A stretch of DNA of 64,000 nucleotides from an uncultured Elusimicrobia bacterium. GTDB taxonomy: Bacteria > Elusimicrobiota > Elusimicrobia > 2-02-FULL-39-32. The translations under genes and the position numbers were made by a program. The stretch covers positions 164,147 to 228,146 of the forward strand of contig CAZFYO010000003.1 of NCBI GenBank assembly GCA_964523525.1, read 5' to 3'. The notes under the pieces are model-generated. The model searched no databases and was not told where the DNA came from. It saw nothing but the letters and a program-made list of their open reading frames with translations. Of this stretch, positions 61,001 through 64,000 are shown one piece after another (positions within the stretch are counted from its first letter, which is position 1; the number at the start of each line of letters is the position of its first letter).

Positions 61001-64000
61001 CCAGAGCATCACCGTGACTCCCGGCGTGGCCCGCAAGATCGTCCTCCTGATGCCGGGCCAGACTCTGAACGAAGGCGCCACCACCATCGAGGAAGCCAAG
61101 TCCGGCGCGCCGGTGGAGCAGATGGCCGGTTCCCAGATCAACGTCACCGTCAAACTGACAGACGATTATTACAACGAGGTCGCGCCCAACAATCCTCCGC
61201 TGGTCGTGCGGCTCTCCACGCCGTCCGATCCCGACGCGGAAATCCGGTTCGGCGGACAGCTGGTTTCGACCGCTTCCTTCGGCGCGGGCGAATCTTCCAA
61301 AGTCTTCCAGCTCGTGATGCACAAAGCTTCCACCGCCTCCTATCTGACCGCGGCTAAATTCTCCGGCCTCGGCGCCTTCACGGATGATAATTTAACGACC
61401 GACCCCAACGAACTGTACTTCAAGGTGAGCCCGCGCGACGCGGACAGCGCGGTGGTGGACGGAACCTACGCGGGCCGCACCGGCGGTCTCCAGATTCTCG
61501 TTCCCGCCGAGACGGCCAACGACGGCATAGGCGTCTATCCGGCGTCGAAAGGCGCCACCAGCGCGGGCAAGCTCACGACCACGCTCACGGCCCAGACCGC
61601 CGGCGTGCCCTTCAACGTCACGGTGCGCCTGGTGGACGCGTTCTTCAACATATCGACTTCTCCCGCTCTGCCCATCGTCGAGCTCGGAACGACCGAGCCC
61701 TATGACACGGACCCCGTGGGCAGCGGCGTGCTGAACAGCCCGTCCCAGGGCCTGCGCGTCTATCCCGTCACCCTTTACAGCCGCGGTTCGGGCCACATCC
61801 TCACTGCCACGGCCACCACCGGCGGTTACTCGAATTTCGCGGGTGTCTCGCCCAGTATGACCGTCAACGCGTCCACTCCGACCCGCCTGCACATCGTGCT
61901 GACCGGCGAAACGCTGGTCGAAGGCAAATGGAACCAGGCTCCGCTCGGCAAATCCGGCGCGCCCACCACGCACCAGATGACCGTGGACGTGAGCGCGGCC
62001 AATGAGAGCAGCCTGGGCGCGACCGTATATGTGGTGGACGACTTCTACAACAAGTCCAACGTCACGGCCCAGACGAAAGTGGCCTTGACGTTCCCGAACG
62101 ATCCCCTGCAGGGCCTGTCGCCCAGCGTGATGCCGTCCACGCAGACCATCAATTCCGGCTCCGAAATTTTCTTCCCGACGCTGAAGCCCCGCATCGCGAT
62201 CTCGTCGTGGACCGTGGTGGCCTCCACAACGCCCGACAGCACGATGTCTCTGGCCAACTCGTCGGCCGCCTCGTCCAACCTGATGGTTTACCCGGGCCAG
62301 GCGCACCACTTGCACTTCGCCAACTTCTCGTCCACCGACATCATCGCGGGCGAAACCATCTCGGCCAACCTGCTCGCGCACGACGCGTGGCACAACCTCG
62401 TTTCCACCGGCGCCAACATTTACGCGGGCACCGTGCAGTTCAGCGCCGAAGCCGGATCGGTGTCGCCTCAGGATCCGACCGTGCCGGCCAACTATACCTA
62501 TACCGGATTCTCCGAAGCGTCGCCCGGCCTGCATAACTTCGGCAACGGCGGATTCACCCTGCGCTACGCCGGAACACGTTGGCTCAAGGCCGAGGACATC
62601 AACAATTCCCTGATCAACACCGAGCGCGGCGGCTATTCCACTCAGTCCACCATCCACGTTTCTCCGGGACCGGCCACCGGCATGCGCGTCACCGCCACGG
62701 CCTTCTCGGGCGATGACTCCGCGACCACGGGCACGATCGAGCAGGAAGCGGGCTCGCTCGACGCGCTCCCCGGCTCCCGCGGCCGCGTCCGCATCACGGG
62801 CCAATCGGTGGACAGCTTCTCGAATGCCGTTTCGTCCCAGGGCGTGCTCTTCGTGATCGAGTCCAGCGCCACCGTCGGATCAGCCTCTGATTTCGGCTTC
62901 AAATCCACTCCCAACGGGTTAGCCTGGACCGATATGGGCCTTTCGACCAGCGCGGTCACGGACGCAAACGGACAGATCGGCCTTTCGCCCCAGATTTGGT
63001 ATTACGTTTCAACCGTCAGGAACGACCAGGCCCGGGTGTGGGTGGGTACGTCGACCATGTTCAACGTGTCCGGTTTCATCACCCAGAACCTGAACATTTC
63101 CCTGCCGGTCAAGACCATCGGCGGCGACGTCAAGCAGTTTGCCTTCATCTCCTCGGTCACGGCCGTGGGCGCGGGTATCATCGTTGGACAAGGCGCGGAT
63201 TTCACGGTTGAGCGGCGCGATGCCTTCAACAACCCGACCGAAAAAGGCGCGACCACCGTGCGCCTGCACCTGGGCGACGTGGACGACGGCAGCCAGACGC
63301 AGGACACGACTCAGAAGTCTGTGCACAGCGCGTTTACCCTGGGCGGCGTGGTCAGCGGCATGACGTACGGCTCCGATTACGGTTTCTGGACGCAGGGCAA
63401 CCCCGACACGAGCCTCGGCTCCAACCCTCAGCGAACCATCGCGACGGGCCAGACGACCGCCAGCTTCCGTTATAAGGACAAGATGGCTTCCACGCCTTCG
63501 GGCGAGGACAGCCGCGTCGGCACCTGGAAGATCACGGCGCACGCCGCCGGCATCGCGCAGGCCGCGCACCAGCTGCGCGTCGACCCGCAGAACACCAGCA
63601 CGCTGCGCTTCGACAATGCGCAACGCACGATCCGCGCCGGCCGGCCCTCGCATGACGACGCCATCGCCAAAATCTTCGAAGTGGAGCTTCAGGACTCGTT
63701 CGGCAACGTCACGCTTTCAACGCGCAACGTGGACATCGTGGTCACGTCGTCCCGCACGAACTCGCCCACCAACAATTCTTTCGGTTTCTCGCGCTCGTCC
63801 GACATGTCGGTCACGGATCCCGTGTTCATCACCCATTCCTCGCCGTCCATCGTCGTGAGCCTCTCGACCGGCCAGTATTACGCCACGTTCTACTACCTGG
63901 ACACCACCGCTTCGAGCGTTTACGGCATTGCGGGATCCACGTATCCCGAGCTCCGCGCGAGCGCGACCAACCAGATGGTCAACTGGGGCCTGGGCCTCCA
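28065..64000 (+). CDS. Giant secreted repeat protein (adhesin/surface-fibre-like), >=11,978 aa, 3'-truncated by the window edge
   Basis: ATG at 28065 preceded by AAGGAG (28041-28046). Sec signal peptide MSIASVKKFFRTSLALLGAASLVLLARTTWTA. The track lists no plus-strand frame-0 ORF with a stop anywhere in 28-64 kb. All listed plus ORFs there are in frames 1 or 2, so the frame beginning at 28065 is open to the end. The translated repeats are coherent. Every long minus-strand ORF here (Arg/Gly-rich, low complexity) is consistent with antisense of a high-GC gene. Confidence 0.85.
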   Translation, partial: MSIASVKKFFRTSLALLGAASLVLLARTTWTADTYWPNANIGTDPELWHGETAFSLNGQTNLFDFANSTTRQMAVSFTAPTLSTMTLQEVLLPWSQSNTNQTQTVRVRVADDDNGDPSGVYIATGTLVIVNEPNTGKWRSFDMTGGGPAPTLSAGSVYHLVIDKTVGGRNTVQGIPVRRSIATALNDPSALKRVVSTATAATPNLAMNVSTRGATNEAWMPQDAEPTFLVKFGVTLPNLFYWGNPYPSLSDNTNNGAPAGQFNDYSPRINQALYKSILLRSSAGGGTKKLSRLNVLVGKDTTTPAESLKISIERTDTYEMVVPTVTFVRGTDFASVDEVVWKTINLASNSVVLAEGVPYRIKFFSPNSGNNLGYRLYIHAACDAGGVECNLDTVYSEATFDGDNTAIEESSDSGVTWTPNYGADINFQMRFDNDVPLMAITQPAQNDEWNSIPVISGTAEDQDKTDHALSSRTVEVHIKNITNGSNEEWSGTAWAPPTGADTDNWNSTGAISYTNGFNTHNWDYRIPAANWTPQAKYNVRARAYDAVRNVSTVYSTTFTYSPYRGSPEAPDSLLTSIVDKSTVAVVNGLIGTANDVNPLTDILGNGFTGVSNVKVYVKDTDSNVWWNSGASTFSSTVETSLFASFNSQNPGGNYDWQITAIGNLNFIHGKRYAVYTRAIDNSNVSIATGVVENLISTITFRVDRATPTAAITQPAHQGSAPSAIIISGTAVDSVSGVQRVEYMIQDLSGSNPGFYLNSAGNGWSISEPSDWPDADMGVQFSTWSAAPGTTLTSGDYVVRARVYDIVGNNTAGTYSLTVTSITVTVDNTPPTSAVTVPTHTYVGAFTAISGTANDNANLNTGAQINLTVYQSTSGNFWYDPDGDGAIVGRWRNVLSSITITSVPNSPSWNWTYTPPAHMFRTGGTYVLCSTATDTSTNRQTGGNVVYTVQYDTQTPVAQFQKPEFGLGWIRSLPTISGTSWDAFDGLAFSSISAVDVEIREDPTITGDYWNNTGQSYGGSQLWNTATLGAQNGGARSWSLTGTVENAFRLLGATYTITIRAQDNAPIPSSGYSKNLQNPTSSYVFLWDAERPTTTITSPTLSRHNDASWSSLYSVTNSSAIQGYAIDGSNRSGISAVQMRIDRNNLTASHWDFATQVWTAGLSSDSDWVSIPVVRYASSSTWSYAALKSSALADTGSYSIYVRSRDNALAFDNNAANNFNWNWQNSSTTFIYDVTTPVSVSTQPTTSLTFINSWDQAVGIRGTASDPNSGVINQVNVGVRRNSDMKWWNTSNQDFTDSPGPTLVSTNIVAGAPYQFWYIPFRQNDVSVRNELTHNTSYAILIQAVDSLAQSESLGKAYTTFYFDIAKPTAAVSWPDSNGGLNNRSYNSVTSASGTIADNIPVTVGIVEPLDASLIEVQITTAGSDGTYFYQGPNVAQGSRWSKTQKWLSNSDGQVNITYNSTLGTWQYAETGCNGSLCVGDDSVWQNGTQYGIRARATDKAGNVQTAFTNFQTTFTFDNSGPSAVSVTNPAPAHTHRRSLTTISGTATDNGGVSSMDFRVCMTSDTNTCWDGSRWAVNASTYNQAYFDGTAWGAPISVSAWQDGYQYSIIPRARDGVLPAGNATVGTAKTFRWDSTVPTSGIQFPVPNPPDNYYKSSQMGSIVGTADDTSPGTLSKVELAITRLTLGGAAEVEFDYTNRFDDSQRWNSAAPGTPLYFNAAGNPTLASWIYSIDFSTWFETGRSYQIRVRAEDAGQNVLSGGTGNQSIVRMSSFTIDNTAPLSASTSPVANDIVSTLAAIFGTASDSGGADISTVSIHIRQTNTGTRSAANWNGSGFVEGADNASSFANWFMVSGVDAATHTWRYATVTGTEWAGGTGVNEAYQYRVVSRAEDRAGNHEVSRTTITFVYDARKPASNFTNPPYNNYFTSYTLTYISGTATDPGANGVTGIFVTGVRAKIQRMDTGEYWDAAQAPGLRWQTAITSNNASAADGSFDGTSNEPWRYDISDGEFWVSNTSYTITSVARDAATVPGPNVETAVPSRIFIYDPVLPGATIQAPVSADHYNRHSKPLLTISGTATDAAPGSIDRVIVKIQSGTGVNYWTGSAWDTSITSLTATLGAGTTNWNFDIPGTAWEDGNIYKVYAYAVDRASNNITGASQIVKTFTMDLTTPTAVVISPLDDASNGIASIQGISGTASDPAPGQIMTVEFQIEEKGGGYSESSSKFLNSGKTAFDASSNTFHSATFLTGSTWTLNTSVVPWGNGNYRVYMRVTDRATNYNTKPGAAGPFSAMVEFKFESQPESYITFPAHDSYKRPSQVSAPSAISGTAKDGAAKVDAKLVDCGDDFDCTTGADNYGWWGSSWSANATGYITTTLDGVPSPDTWNFSVPQASWTALGQSRKYLLVSRSYLGITPEHAVDPNPSGAQRNAKNFVVDNQNPTVGVTRPSNNVAFTSAALTSVSGTASDASPGALDTTSVKFRIVRSSDSAEWNTGSQVFVNPPGDLFSATNLGGGNFSFTNADFTNSRPWVDGVNYAIYIQANDSAGNPAGSAVEAFNTFVYDISVPSAAILIPAANNLFIRPLSTINGTVIDVDPDVTRNDISSSGVHAVHLTIQSLGPNQPGDYFDGASFGSGVSTLTATLTGNNWSYNNAGLYNFLANASNAGNTYTIRTWAVDRASNASINNASVGFASMTFTIDPSSPTMAVTSPADGSKYRTNNVPQIVGTAVDSPTGAGKASAGLKNPGLSADGGIIVEVSYLHGGSTYYFDNVTPWTTVFTTRQPTTQTPWNLTTPAQAAYDDVISNHGDKQIRVRVRARDAVRLSDNSGYDSNLADYTGYTSFIIDGTPPVSSVTTPAPGALLNALTSIAGTANADLSGLAGLDVRIATPSAAPASWWTGSSWSATEFWVPATVDSQTAWHYDISASMLVSSRTYQFASRAYDVVGNTQTAITVSSFTFDNVPGVVVSTLPVTSQYYGGSGVTPFTGNYTPRPLSMIAGTAEDALGGVRRVELEIRQSSAVLYYDGTGFAALSSSWNVTNQVTYHTSSATWRMVNLPALHSSSRYLLRARMIDNALNISSDPSNGSTIDFLYDTAYPTSTLLTPASPYIRSISVISGTVQDEQVADPNNTTGRNAGFERVEIAIQEVGGGLYWDGAGGGSFTQPESWYAVDGGFVVSQSSVNTWYKTTLPAFSPGESYWVRSRVIDRARNVSLELVTSTYTFLYDPTPPTVTIGYPESFRLRQSSVAFSSGTASDTGGAGLNVVQMKLRLNTAGGSGGTNGKFWDPSTSRVTPENNNNFSKNEDDDTAWFSANGTSIWSTGSFAATWVDGSSYSIVVRSQDRAGNYSASYATVSFTIDNGLPSSYVSLPSSAVIQGLPLGRVSGTASDSGTGVVNSVQVAVKLLSGAGDMWLSGGGQFNVNQLNPNWLDQATGGVNFTPGAPAVWDRPIPAASLVSGASYYVISRAVDEVANQEGSGNGNMNTIRGSTFTYDRNVPTATVTIPLQLSYNNASLLPRISGTAADLLSVDSSVNRVAGIDLFIQQATAAVYWTGGGWSATPSGISISTASLPYGNTWGYTLSGAALRHNATYFIWVRAQDLAGNEQTSFAAGSSSKTFNYDIGAPTSSIQGLTNFAFYRKETITTISGTAEDEGEIGRVFTSSYSIKQASPELWWDGSTFTSPTETFFALNHDGSGMWSTGTMINRFVDGREYAARFISVDRAQNVEALKAMTSFYFDISTPSVQIQMPVHGAGYNTLGTISGTAGDNFIGLNSIQRVEYAVFVDTGGYYRSGPRDFEATTHYYNLATADMANWSQWSATNIPWSTGRTYTLDVRALDRAGNIQASFTVGVDSLTFTFDSSSPTIAIESPADASVGVFTTPRLGTLAAISGTAADLNGIRRVEVQIQQGAAGDAPARYWNGTGFSTVGSSWNVAAGGTSWSYAVPGLSNDRSYRIEARAVDNTDLVTVNISSADFVFDTSSPTAHFQFPADGSIVNGLTTISGTSVDGNTNYPSTVGTVRILVRQNSNMRWWNEGGSVFDSPVPIDITPAFGAPNWTYTGISTSNLAPDTSYYVTIRAQDQSSPVNLTNYYIYNATFTFDNSAPNVAIGQPQHNSFYNGSGVFTASGTAADVGLRPSISRTEVAIASGTGEDTWWNGTNFQGGATYYIDVATAGAGTLNWQYLGFTSTGMAVTGRNFLIYARAIDGAGNVSAVAGPRRFTYDAERPTATIVYPAVAPNNKLTLSNMTISGTAMDAVAGLRTVEVAFSSNVANDAGGWLSGANTFTNNTPIYFATAAWTGSVWQSTVALAAQGAMVNGNSYKVSVRATDVGGLMHITSRTIVYDSGVPVSGTDIPKSTDAYVRSLNTISGTAADLAPNAGNITNVQVAISTASGGSFSNWNGSAWDIADENLPLTWTWFSATPVNSPFNDNTSEPWYSTNSTPTWIAGVTYRIHVSAEDDGGNRQKDLVANVFKTTFTFDNINAVSTITAPAALQSTQTLRSVEGTMSDAISGIQKVQIAIRHPDDTNFWNGSAFNPYDAVTSWNDVSVFTSSWIYTNMPQSYVDQTVYRIYVRAIDRANNVPSDPNFNTTGVPVRIDVTSPTSSANRVHTGLGAFVLTSNSTAYISVDISSISGVASDGGLGSGVSEVKIRVRRSDGNYLNSVQTGWDTNASSVDFPFFPTTGLTAWSRDLLSANFTDGYRYQLITRSKDFSNLQNVETILTTAAFVIDRTTPIAYVASPAGSGNNRFFNNTLAIISGTVFEDNTVGGGVASGLRRVEVEIRDVTGDAVGNAKPYWDFEVTNGTWTAVQTSTPVTIVSAATGVSTWTLPSTLFPSEWQRDMGDNRLYEIRARAYDFAANTDSYRVSLSTFDITAPTATVLLPNTDPWVQTLPTISGTATDPVYGRIGVRGARIAVLMISGPNAGQWWQDDSLGAPGYVTSAQPIYFDSDGFNEGSGEWVYKSTHPAIWQTNETHRIYVAAKDKAGNLQSPTTTQYQFLYSAPPAAVGLTKPTNNRKYISLTSLAGTANNTVTVKTEVQIERKTDGAKWSVAGSSWGVYSSSYNTVCDNAAGCGNWSFSSVPSDWPVHGSSYTVTIRGSNSINQTNSESRDFAFDTTSNGGTGKPVSVSTQPTALFATSIFNIAGTAADQSNLAGVQKVEVSIQRYRNTLTEEDDPKYYWNGSTWTSAGQQYLNASLVQAAANQWNWVYSVQFSTMFAEGYGYKIWSKVTDNAYDTNDNLVGNSDEPSPAGLSFITYDIQNSTPAWTSLNHGDVRSAFSVTSGTVRDSANAGADLAQAGGNQIGQVQIAIKAVDSFNWGAGAFLTPRYWDGTSFPVGGTNENWLPTNLSTGGILAGGILTSSWTYPAQGLSLPTVGNGGFVDGRIFTVYVRSLDKADNNYTAFTVGSASHTFTADVTAPSAHFVTPVSGQKLLALNPISGTAADPVPSAGVSVAGIGRSSLSITYVQGLNTFFWTGSAWQQVVADSETWIIGGSTPTPPPGFVDLYTTSATWERPGVTWLTDKLYTIRARASDRAIPDANTGGIATVVVTIDTTTPASAVVAPSASPISSLTEITGTANADLAGLANVHITVTRSGDNFYWTGSSWSVNGATLPVNFAGTSGDITWSTDSLATANLVSGTTYTIRAYATDLVTPSANSQLPPGPASYKNTPSSFSFLFDNTPPSISISSPVSQGFYGPQKTLANVSGTALDALVATRKVELEIYNFSRDRYWDGHGFNFVSSSFVHLTGNLISWTTGMTWITNSTYGVTARAYDSLNNSSTTARINFVYDSTVPVVSQVMNPWPTTGYFRIQSQLNTISGTAHDDFAGIPNASLKDIRVAIQDVDDGDGFPWWDGSAFAAASADYRMTSSTISLTGNAPFSYPFGSDVVPSWAAGHKYDVRVRATDRSDNVSAVYSSTFTFDTSSPTVYIQDPNVATESSLSTLSGTALDASGGPQSGSLRVVKVRVKRNSGTPGFWDINSQGFTLTTLLDETTGWFDADTSDAYANWTTTQAAGANAFINAFSYSVQAIAYDRAGSSSPISFSTFTFDSGKPASFVSFPADGSFIRSLNTGITGTAQDPGDISSITQIRIAIKRLGGASDSNGDPNRYWDGGATVFSAAGNPYNFNGPISPTGGPVFDWIYGVGILPTAKLTSGVSYFITTEATDASGQVENDYYSGSSTFTFDNSSPVSGMVRPPLGGIVVTNLPYYKAMTVISGTADDYTFLPSDRQLNSGLVGGSAFTRISIRDLTQGATYWNNASSIFQDAPANISESGSFFDVTFTGASSGTWSANAGALNSQMVSGHTYIVKSSASDNIGNVQSGVYVSSFVFDASSPTLAITAPVAFPAGQYTGLAQINGTTQDNPIAPLSRVGMSSVTLQIQDLTQGTTYWNGNAFVDFPTSTINVTVTGQGTNLPWSYDTTGVPWVSGRSYRIHTRAGDMLDNRSSTQTVDFRFDFTAPQSASTKPANGEGFNATTNILSHLAGTAIDLPNYSSAPFNSGIYRVQIQLWKEKSAPNNDVYNAGTDEAFDPVQVSSFAAGNSLQWIDISNVSPVFTSSPSSINWYYPVSDAAFASGESYRLKVHTLDWLRNEESTPALVASNFVRFSKDAAPPVSYVQYPAEGQSYINPTVISGTSADVTSAIRRVQIRIRRQNTPSDLYWEGSATQWQNNPSTWVTTSHFNVWVTSVDWQYQDVPATWPSGTTYYVNVRSEDTADNVETAFTTRTFTIDNVAPQVYIQKPLNNSGFAPLNPLSTISGTASDDLAGVNRVYVQIKDLTPGASWFNGTDFTAANPPEIGSVQASWLTASNTFWYFNTPVPYQSGRYYRVVAKGYDNAGNAMAGADFVVGQTSNTFSYDSSSATAYLASPADNRSYNAATLPNITGTASDDFSGVQNVLLQVRDITQGTTYWNGVSFVNSVQTIELAVQGSSQPLPALSTYSYNTASLASAMITGHRYTINVRGRDVAQNVQNASLSPTYTVLFDTEPPTGYFTKPDSAFHSAANPLDFLVGTSTDTPNDILAAPATAEIRIRRNPPGTEYWDGLGWTSTANTWLSSAPALSWSLAKPTPDWEDDTQYRVEVRVRDSAGNLGPSTTFQISGSLFFTYDSGLPAAGIGTPVLPNINSLTQITGTAQDPNGPNGSVDKSLIHSVKIAVQDRNSLNWWNGTLINIDNPTFTGAGGFSAEPAAFWIAMATTTETQGGGAISWSTASPSLPLVAGSTYTVYVRAKDNALNFNTPISSVTFRYDNTTPASRSTAPADGSVVSAVPAIAGTAADSGSVSLVTQVGVSIGALFGAATRYYQQGVGFVPGSTEYFNPAVIAGGANWTYNDGLLTYEAGRRYIVRSQARDIAGNQEDFSAVTPASFLFDNFKPTAAVTSVNNGDYIAAAALTISGGASDSAFTQPVSSASGLAELTDGGVQVRIQDLSGGNPTSGRWWAFESDFSGNDASAAWINALTGTPASWTLTDTVINTKLASGRPYMIQVRAKDKASPANVGPSSNGTDSNFIGVAHDSKTFIYDPDAPTSYVQFPPVTTVRKLNAAGITQISGTASDALSGVPANPANIEVSMQEVSPNTAYWNGAATFTATSETYYAVDSMSGINGTWTRSSLPTFQNGTTYRIRVRARDAALPTGNLQTTNFSTSVFIYDTQLPTSTVTNINENQFVTGFSNQIVGTSVDNFEVRGVSVTISSGPTSWWNPVSEKFDSPSAIYQHAVATGPWTWVFFSTNLASGYTYRIYSFATDGAGNTNITRISTRTFVFDSGVPDSYVTYPPDGSFIGASKLTRIVGTSMDPPSGGAPANVKVYLWEDVGAVGTKETGVDRWWDGTTWQTSETPVATNATITNAPNPGDWELTADLPPTLSAAENGRRYKIYSQALDAALNTENVSLGDVLFRYDEIVPNAGIVVPAGGSLYYNGLPTISGTAQDTLNISSVQVRIEGQGIGFWDGVAFGGDNTNWRMAVGTTATNNTITWTYTSPDWAANGNIPYFVEARAFDVAGNTRTLSANTFTFDNQRPVSVTSYPVTSDLRFSSMNAIAGTANDPGSFRSGIKNVRIMIRRSLDGNYWSVGDSDWTISTDPDFNISPTQTLHTSSAVWVYSHPNFVDKTAWLPSGQTFYIYVRSEDNSRYQDFSTMTLRELNFSTRTFVFDNVAPVSRLYLPADKRAYKAASFTNISGTATDATSPISTNAIKMSLKVEDDPIGQRYWDENGSTFTFTTETWWQAGTFMNSTWTYLGFATSKLENGRHYVFRSTAADVVGNTESPSAQSRFLYDTIDPQSALVAGDNTTPDPANAADLAFGTDLVVQGRANDPGFVDSSEPDRDDIEGTGSGVGQPPTSDSAWHTGRLQILILRDVGGIPVGAEPVLYSDPGKGEAGDFYWNGSTWVAATGGEQWQDMTYIAGAVTSTWRYDDIANTNIGIPGQTSAWWKGDQYVAWTRAIDNAGNTQGSASSIASGAKFTISNNVDHFHVTGLPASLEAGADQGMTITAHDSDHAVASNFNGLINFYVDGNPGGPESMRASVGAPGDDLGLPAQQSMTNGLLTLADNLGMRLRKAATGRFVRVETNSPVGGSIRSGNSATFDVTENVSVSPAPRVMVLLGGQQYAPGKTSAPEGRVNNSTPTYRTAGDTLQITLRAVDKYWNTLVSSNPQVALTITDPFVANVSSANPQLSFGSATVTAEVRTVGNWAVNAQGAGLYTNNANPSSDFEVKPGAATRLLARFPGESRQEGKTSAPAGKSGTPTALQAGTTITITVHGVDSYYNTDPTSNMQIIVETPFDNADTEPAPRNLVNGTTHFDITYLTAGTQTVKIRTTAIAGANSTYITPNPVTVYPDGEQHLLILMPGETRISTRTAPGKTGAATALTAGTTYGATVHLVDRFFNVVDSTNDFNTDVVWPTVKVTLSDPFDQAWGYEPAAGNIGPPFNGTRVFQVRPVTKNLLSNATAHASDDNFESLYTNDTSSGIRVNPGSATRLQTVVLGETPVEGSNFANGKQGSPTARTAGNSYNISVRATDDYWNLVTSEGRDVDVESSDPYSDNPSTASLGGGLQTFTTFIPRRATAALNVFAYDASAFNPKLTASTIAVQINPNTATKLMVLLPGELLEQGKGPYDTGFTGGRSGSPTPVTAGTSIIATVRAVDDYWNHNTAPSVGVTATSSDQNDIEPSNLALVSGTTQFTFTLVSAGTQTVIATDLTAAFALSTSAVITVNGGPADRLLALLPGESLNRGKPPYPAGPNWGPAYNEGGKNGQPDEDGISGNGVQDFIAGKSYKMTVYATDARWNPDTANSYPVALTSNDPSSLNILGNKNLVAGTTTFDFTIYTAVTATGTARNLVVISTDPAPDWTYTSTFTLVPNSFSKFRMMGPGETRDPGTVAGKAGTISLSTVNVNMQVILDATDDWGNLVSTNPSVTVQTDDAYDSPDPISPTLVNGTSIFFLIPKTARHSGLNSTPATTPTVARTTVTYAGFPSASIAYSVNANATENYLLVLVPGETSLGGSAAGRTGTVQTQVAGANFVATVQAVDSRFNLRTDNPAVTISISSSSDNYFDTFNSIAITNGQGTISPVRFLSQGNHTISVSAAGWQVRNDTSSVVPVVPSSFTQLQVLLPGETAVEGSATGKAGAVFPSGLLAGTTFNITVRAVDNRFNLVPSISSTVIINGSDVYGTYPQGTSGALSSSQRIFQAVFVTSATAAQISAYVSGNPPGISTGTSTGFSVLASTPEQLMVVVPGETLVPGLPPYNMGGGKNGTPNTQLAGVSTNVAVYLTDRYYNPVSTNAVPSVLAGIRVTDQYATTSPASVNLQLSQGTTGFAVTFRSASTIGWKITASTLTGVRYNDYVTANIPVAFGSPSKLLLFTPGETRLPGSVTGKGGSINGQTVDSTFTVTVLLTDSDWNIVTTTNASVFIRTLDQYDIDPATFVVTNGSGTADINFHTAGNWNLVVTTAAGNNLTSYTNPTVSAATGTATKLQIIVPGETHVPGYDFGKTGAVITQQTSENYFNATINVTDKYWNRNQTANTKVVFDSNDPFDTLSSDPGEVNIVNGQGVVPVKLRTRNLTTGWTMTVATGPSAVGIETTFAAHTSTPVQIAPSTPLRLVVLAPGEQFQEGSATGKFSTNTVLAQVAGSTFNVTVMATDAGYNFVNDTATAISIAFNEPSPYDDVYAAVPPALSLVNGTTTFGIFLYTAENKETKVKASGVLTGATRSSSTAAIPLRHDNFAKYQILVPPETNVAGKPPYNIGVTTGGKAVVEITTQTAGAPFNITIRAVDLYWNRTTNQSPTVNIYTSDPYDTEIATTLPNGERILPWTFVQANQAPGYRIWVEDGNLTRTSTSPVIPVSYGAPAALQVLLPGETAAPGKVPGSPGYSAPAGKNGTPDIWMAGVSSAVRINSVDVNYNIVGNDASQIVAYADDPYDAPATFSQFLQNGTTVFNFTLVTASGATRIHAYDNSPAIQGWINNGNPYDSEQFIVYPNSATKLQVLIPNEIAVPGAPLGKSWTSISTQVAGTAFNVTVNSVDNWYNLVSSITPQPRIAVQTNDPFDTHPSSQILTAGSTVFSFVMVTANQNPGWVIRASTWNVGDPFLYDDGGSRAVPLRSGVPTQLQVLMPGERALSGAATSYGKSGTPDSDGNNANGIQSFVAGSAFAVTVNLVDAYYNGASTNSAVSINLYTPFDPFDDPALSGFESGYLPANPQPLTIGSTQVVFTNVRMNTASTQSFRVDGNLSGIASSTSPIFITTPAAPSQLLVVMPGETRVQGKWNAMPYGRNSFTASTQTVGTSFGAIIYVTDPYLNFVSTTLPGSNQITVTTLNDPYDTEPGNFSIIGGTATIPPSGAGTIAYKRAGIGQVVATDNRALSPLGNTTASESASTFTVIPGAPVYMQVVAPGEVAVPGCGPGAQAGCSEGRASNLPDNQAVGTPFTVTVNITDQFWNVVSASTQIIKSSSTDPNDVDPDTVTVTGSQSFTFNLRRTGSAVIQAHDADLALPTLTAGPAPTFDSGYTQSITVTPGVARKIVLLMPGQTLNEGATTIEEAKSGAPVEQMAGSQINVTVKLTDDYYNEVAPNNPPLVVRLSTPSDPDAEIRFGGQLVSTASFGAGESSKVFQLVMHKASTASYLTAAKFSGLGAFTDDNLTTDPNELYFKVSPRDADSAVVDGTYAGRTGGLQILVPAETANDGIGVYPASKGATSAGKLTTTLTAQTAGVPFNVTVRLVDAFFNISTSPALPIVELGTTEPYDTDPVGSGVLNSPSQGLRVYPVTLYSRGSGHILTATATTGGYSNFAGVSPSMTVNASTPTRLHIVLTGETLVEGKWNQAPLGKSGAPTTHQMTVDVSAANESSLGATVYVVDDFYNKSNVTAQTKVALTFPNDPLQGLSPSVMPSTQTINSGSEIFFPTLKPRIAISSWTVVASTTPDSTMSLANSSAASSNLMVYPGQAHHLHFANFSSTDIIAGETISANLLAHDAWHNLVSTGANIYAGTVQFSAEAGSVSPQDPTVPANYTYTGFSEASPGLHNFGNGGFTLRYAGTRWLKAEDINNSLINTERGGYSTQSTIHVSPGPATGMRVTATAFSGDDSATTGTIEQEAGSLDALPGSRGRVRITGQSVDSFSNAVSSQGVLFVIESSATVGSASDFGFKSTPNGLAWTDMGLSTSAVTDANGQIGLSPQIWYYVSTVRNDQARVWVGTSTMFNVSGFITQNLNISLPVKTIGGDVKQFAFISSVTAVGAGIIVGQGADFTVERRDAFNNPTEKGATTVRLHLGDVDDGSQTQDTTQKSVHSAFTLGGVVSGMTYGSDYGFWTQGNPDTSLGSNPQRTIATGQTTASFRYKDKMASTPSGEDSRVGTWKITAHAAGIAQAAHQLRVDPQNTSTLRFDNAQRTIRAGRPSHDDAIAKIFEVELQDSFGNVTLSTRNVDIVVTSSRTNSPTNNSFGFSRSSDMSVTDPVFITHSSPSIVVSLSTGQYYATFYYLDTTASSVYGIAGSTYPELRASATNQMVNWGLGL
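29380..53410 (+). repeat. Class-I tandem domain array inside the giant gene: ~60 divergent ~110-145-aa beta-sandwich (Ig/FN3-like) repeats
   Basis: Each unit has [PS][TS]xx[IV]TxPxxxxxxxxxxxx[ILV]SGTAxDxxxG[IV]xxVx[IV]x[IV], then [YW]W[ND]G[ST]x[FW], then W...Y, then Y.[IV].[VA]RAxDxAGNxx, then F[TV][FY]D. ~60 [ILV][SAIT]GT[AS]xD anchor motifs were counted in the translation. Confidence 0.65.
53410..62300 (+). repeat. Class-II tandem domain array inside the giant gene: ~22 ~130-aa repeats with consensus hxhLhPGETxxxGxxxxxxGxPxxxxAGxxFxhTVxAVDxYWNxV...SxDPxDxxP...LxNGTxxFxFxLxxAGxxxI
   Basis: Recurrent LMPGETRIS / LLPGELLEQGK / LVPGETSLGG / LLPGETAVEGS / IVPGETHVPG / LLPGETAAPG / VMPGETRVQG etc. 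at ~390-nt period, each followed by VxAVD.YWN and DP(F/Y)D motifs. Confidence 0.6.
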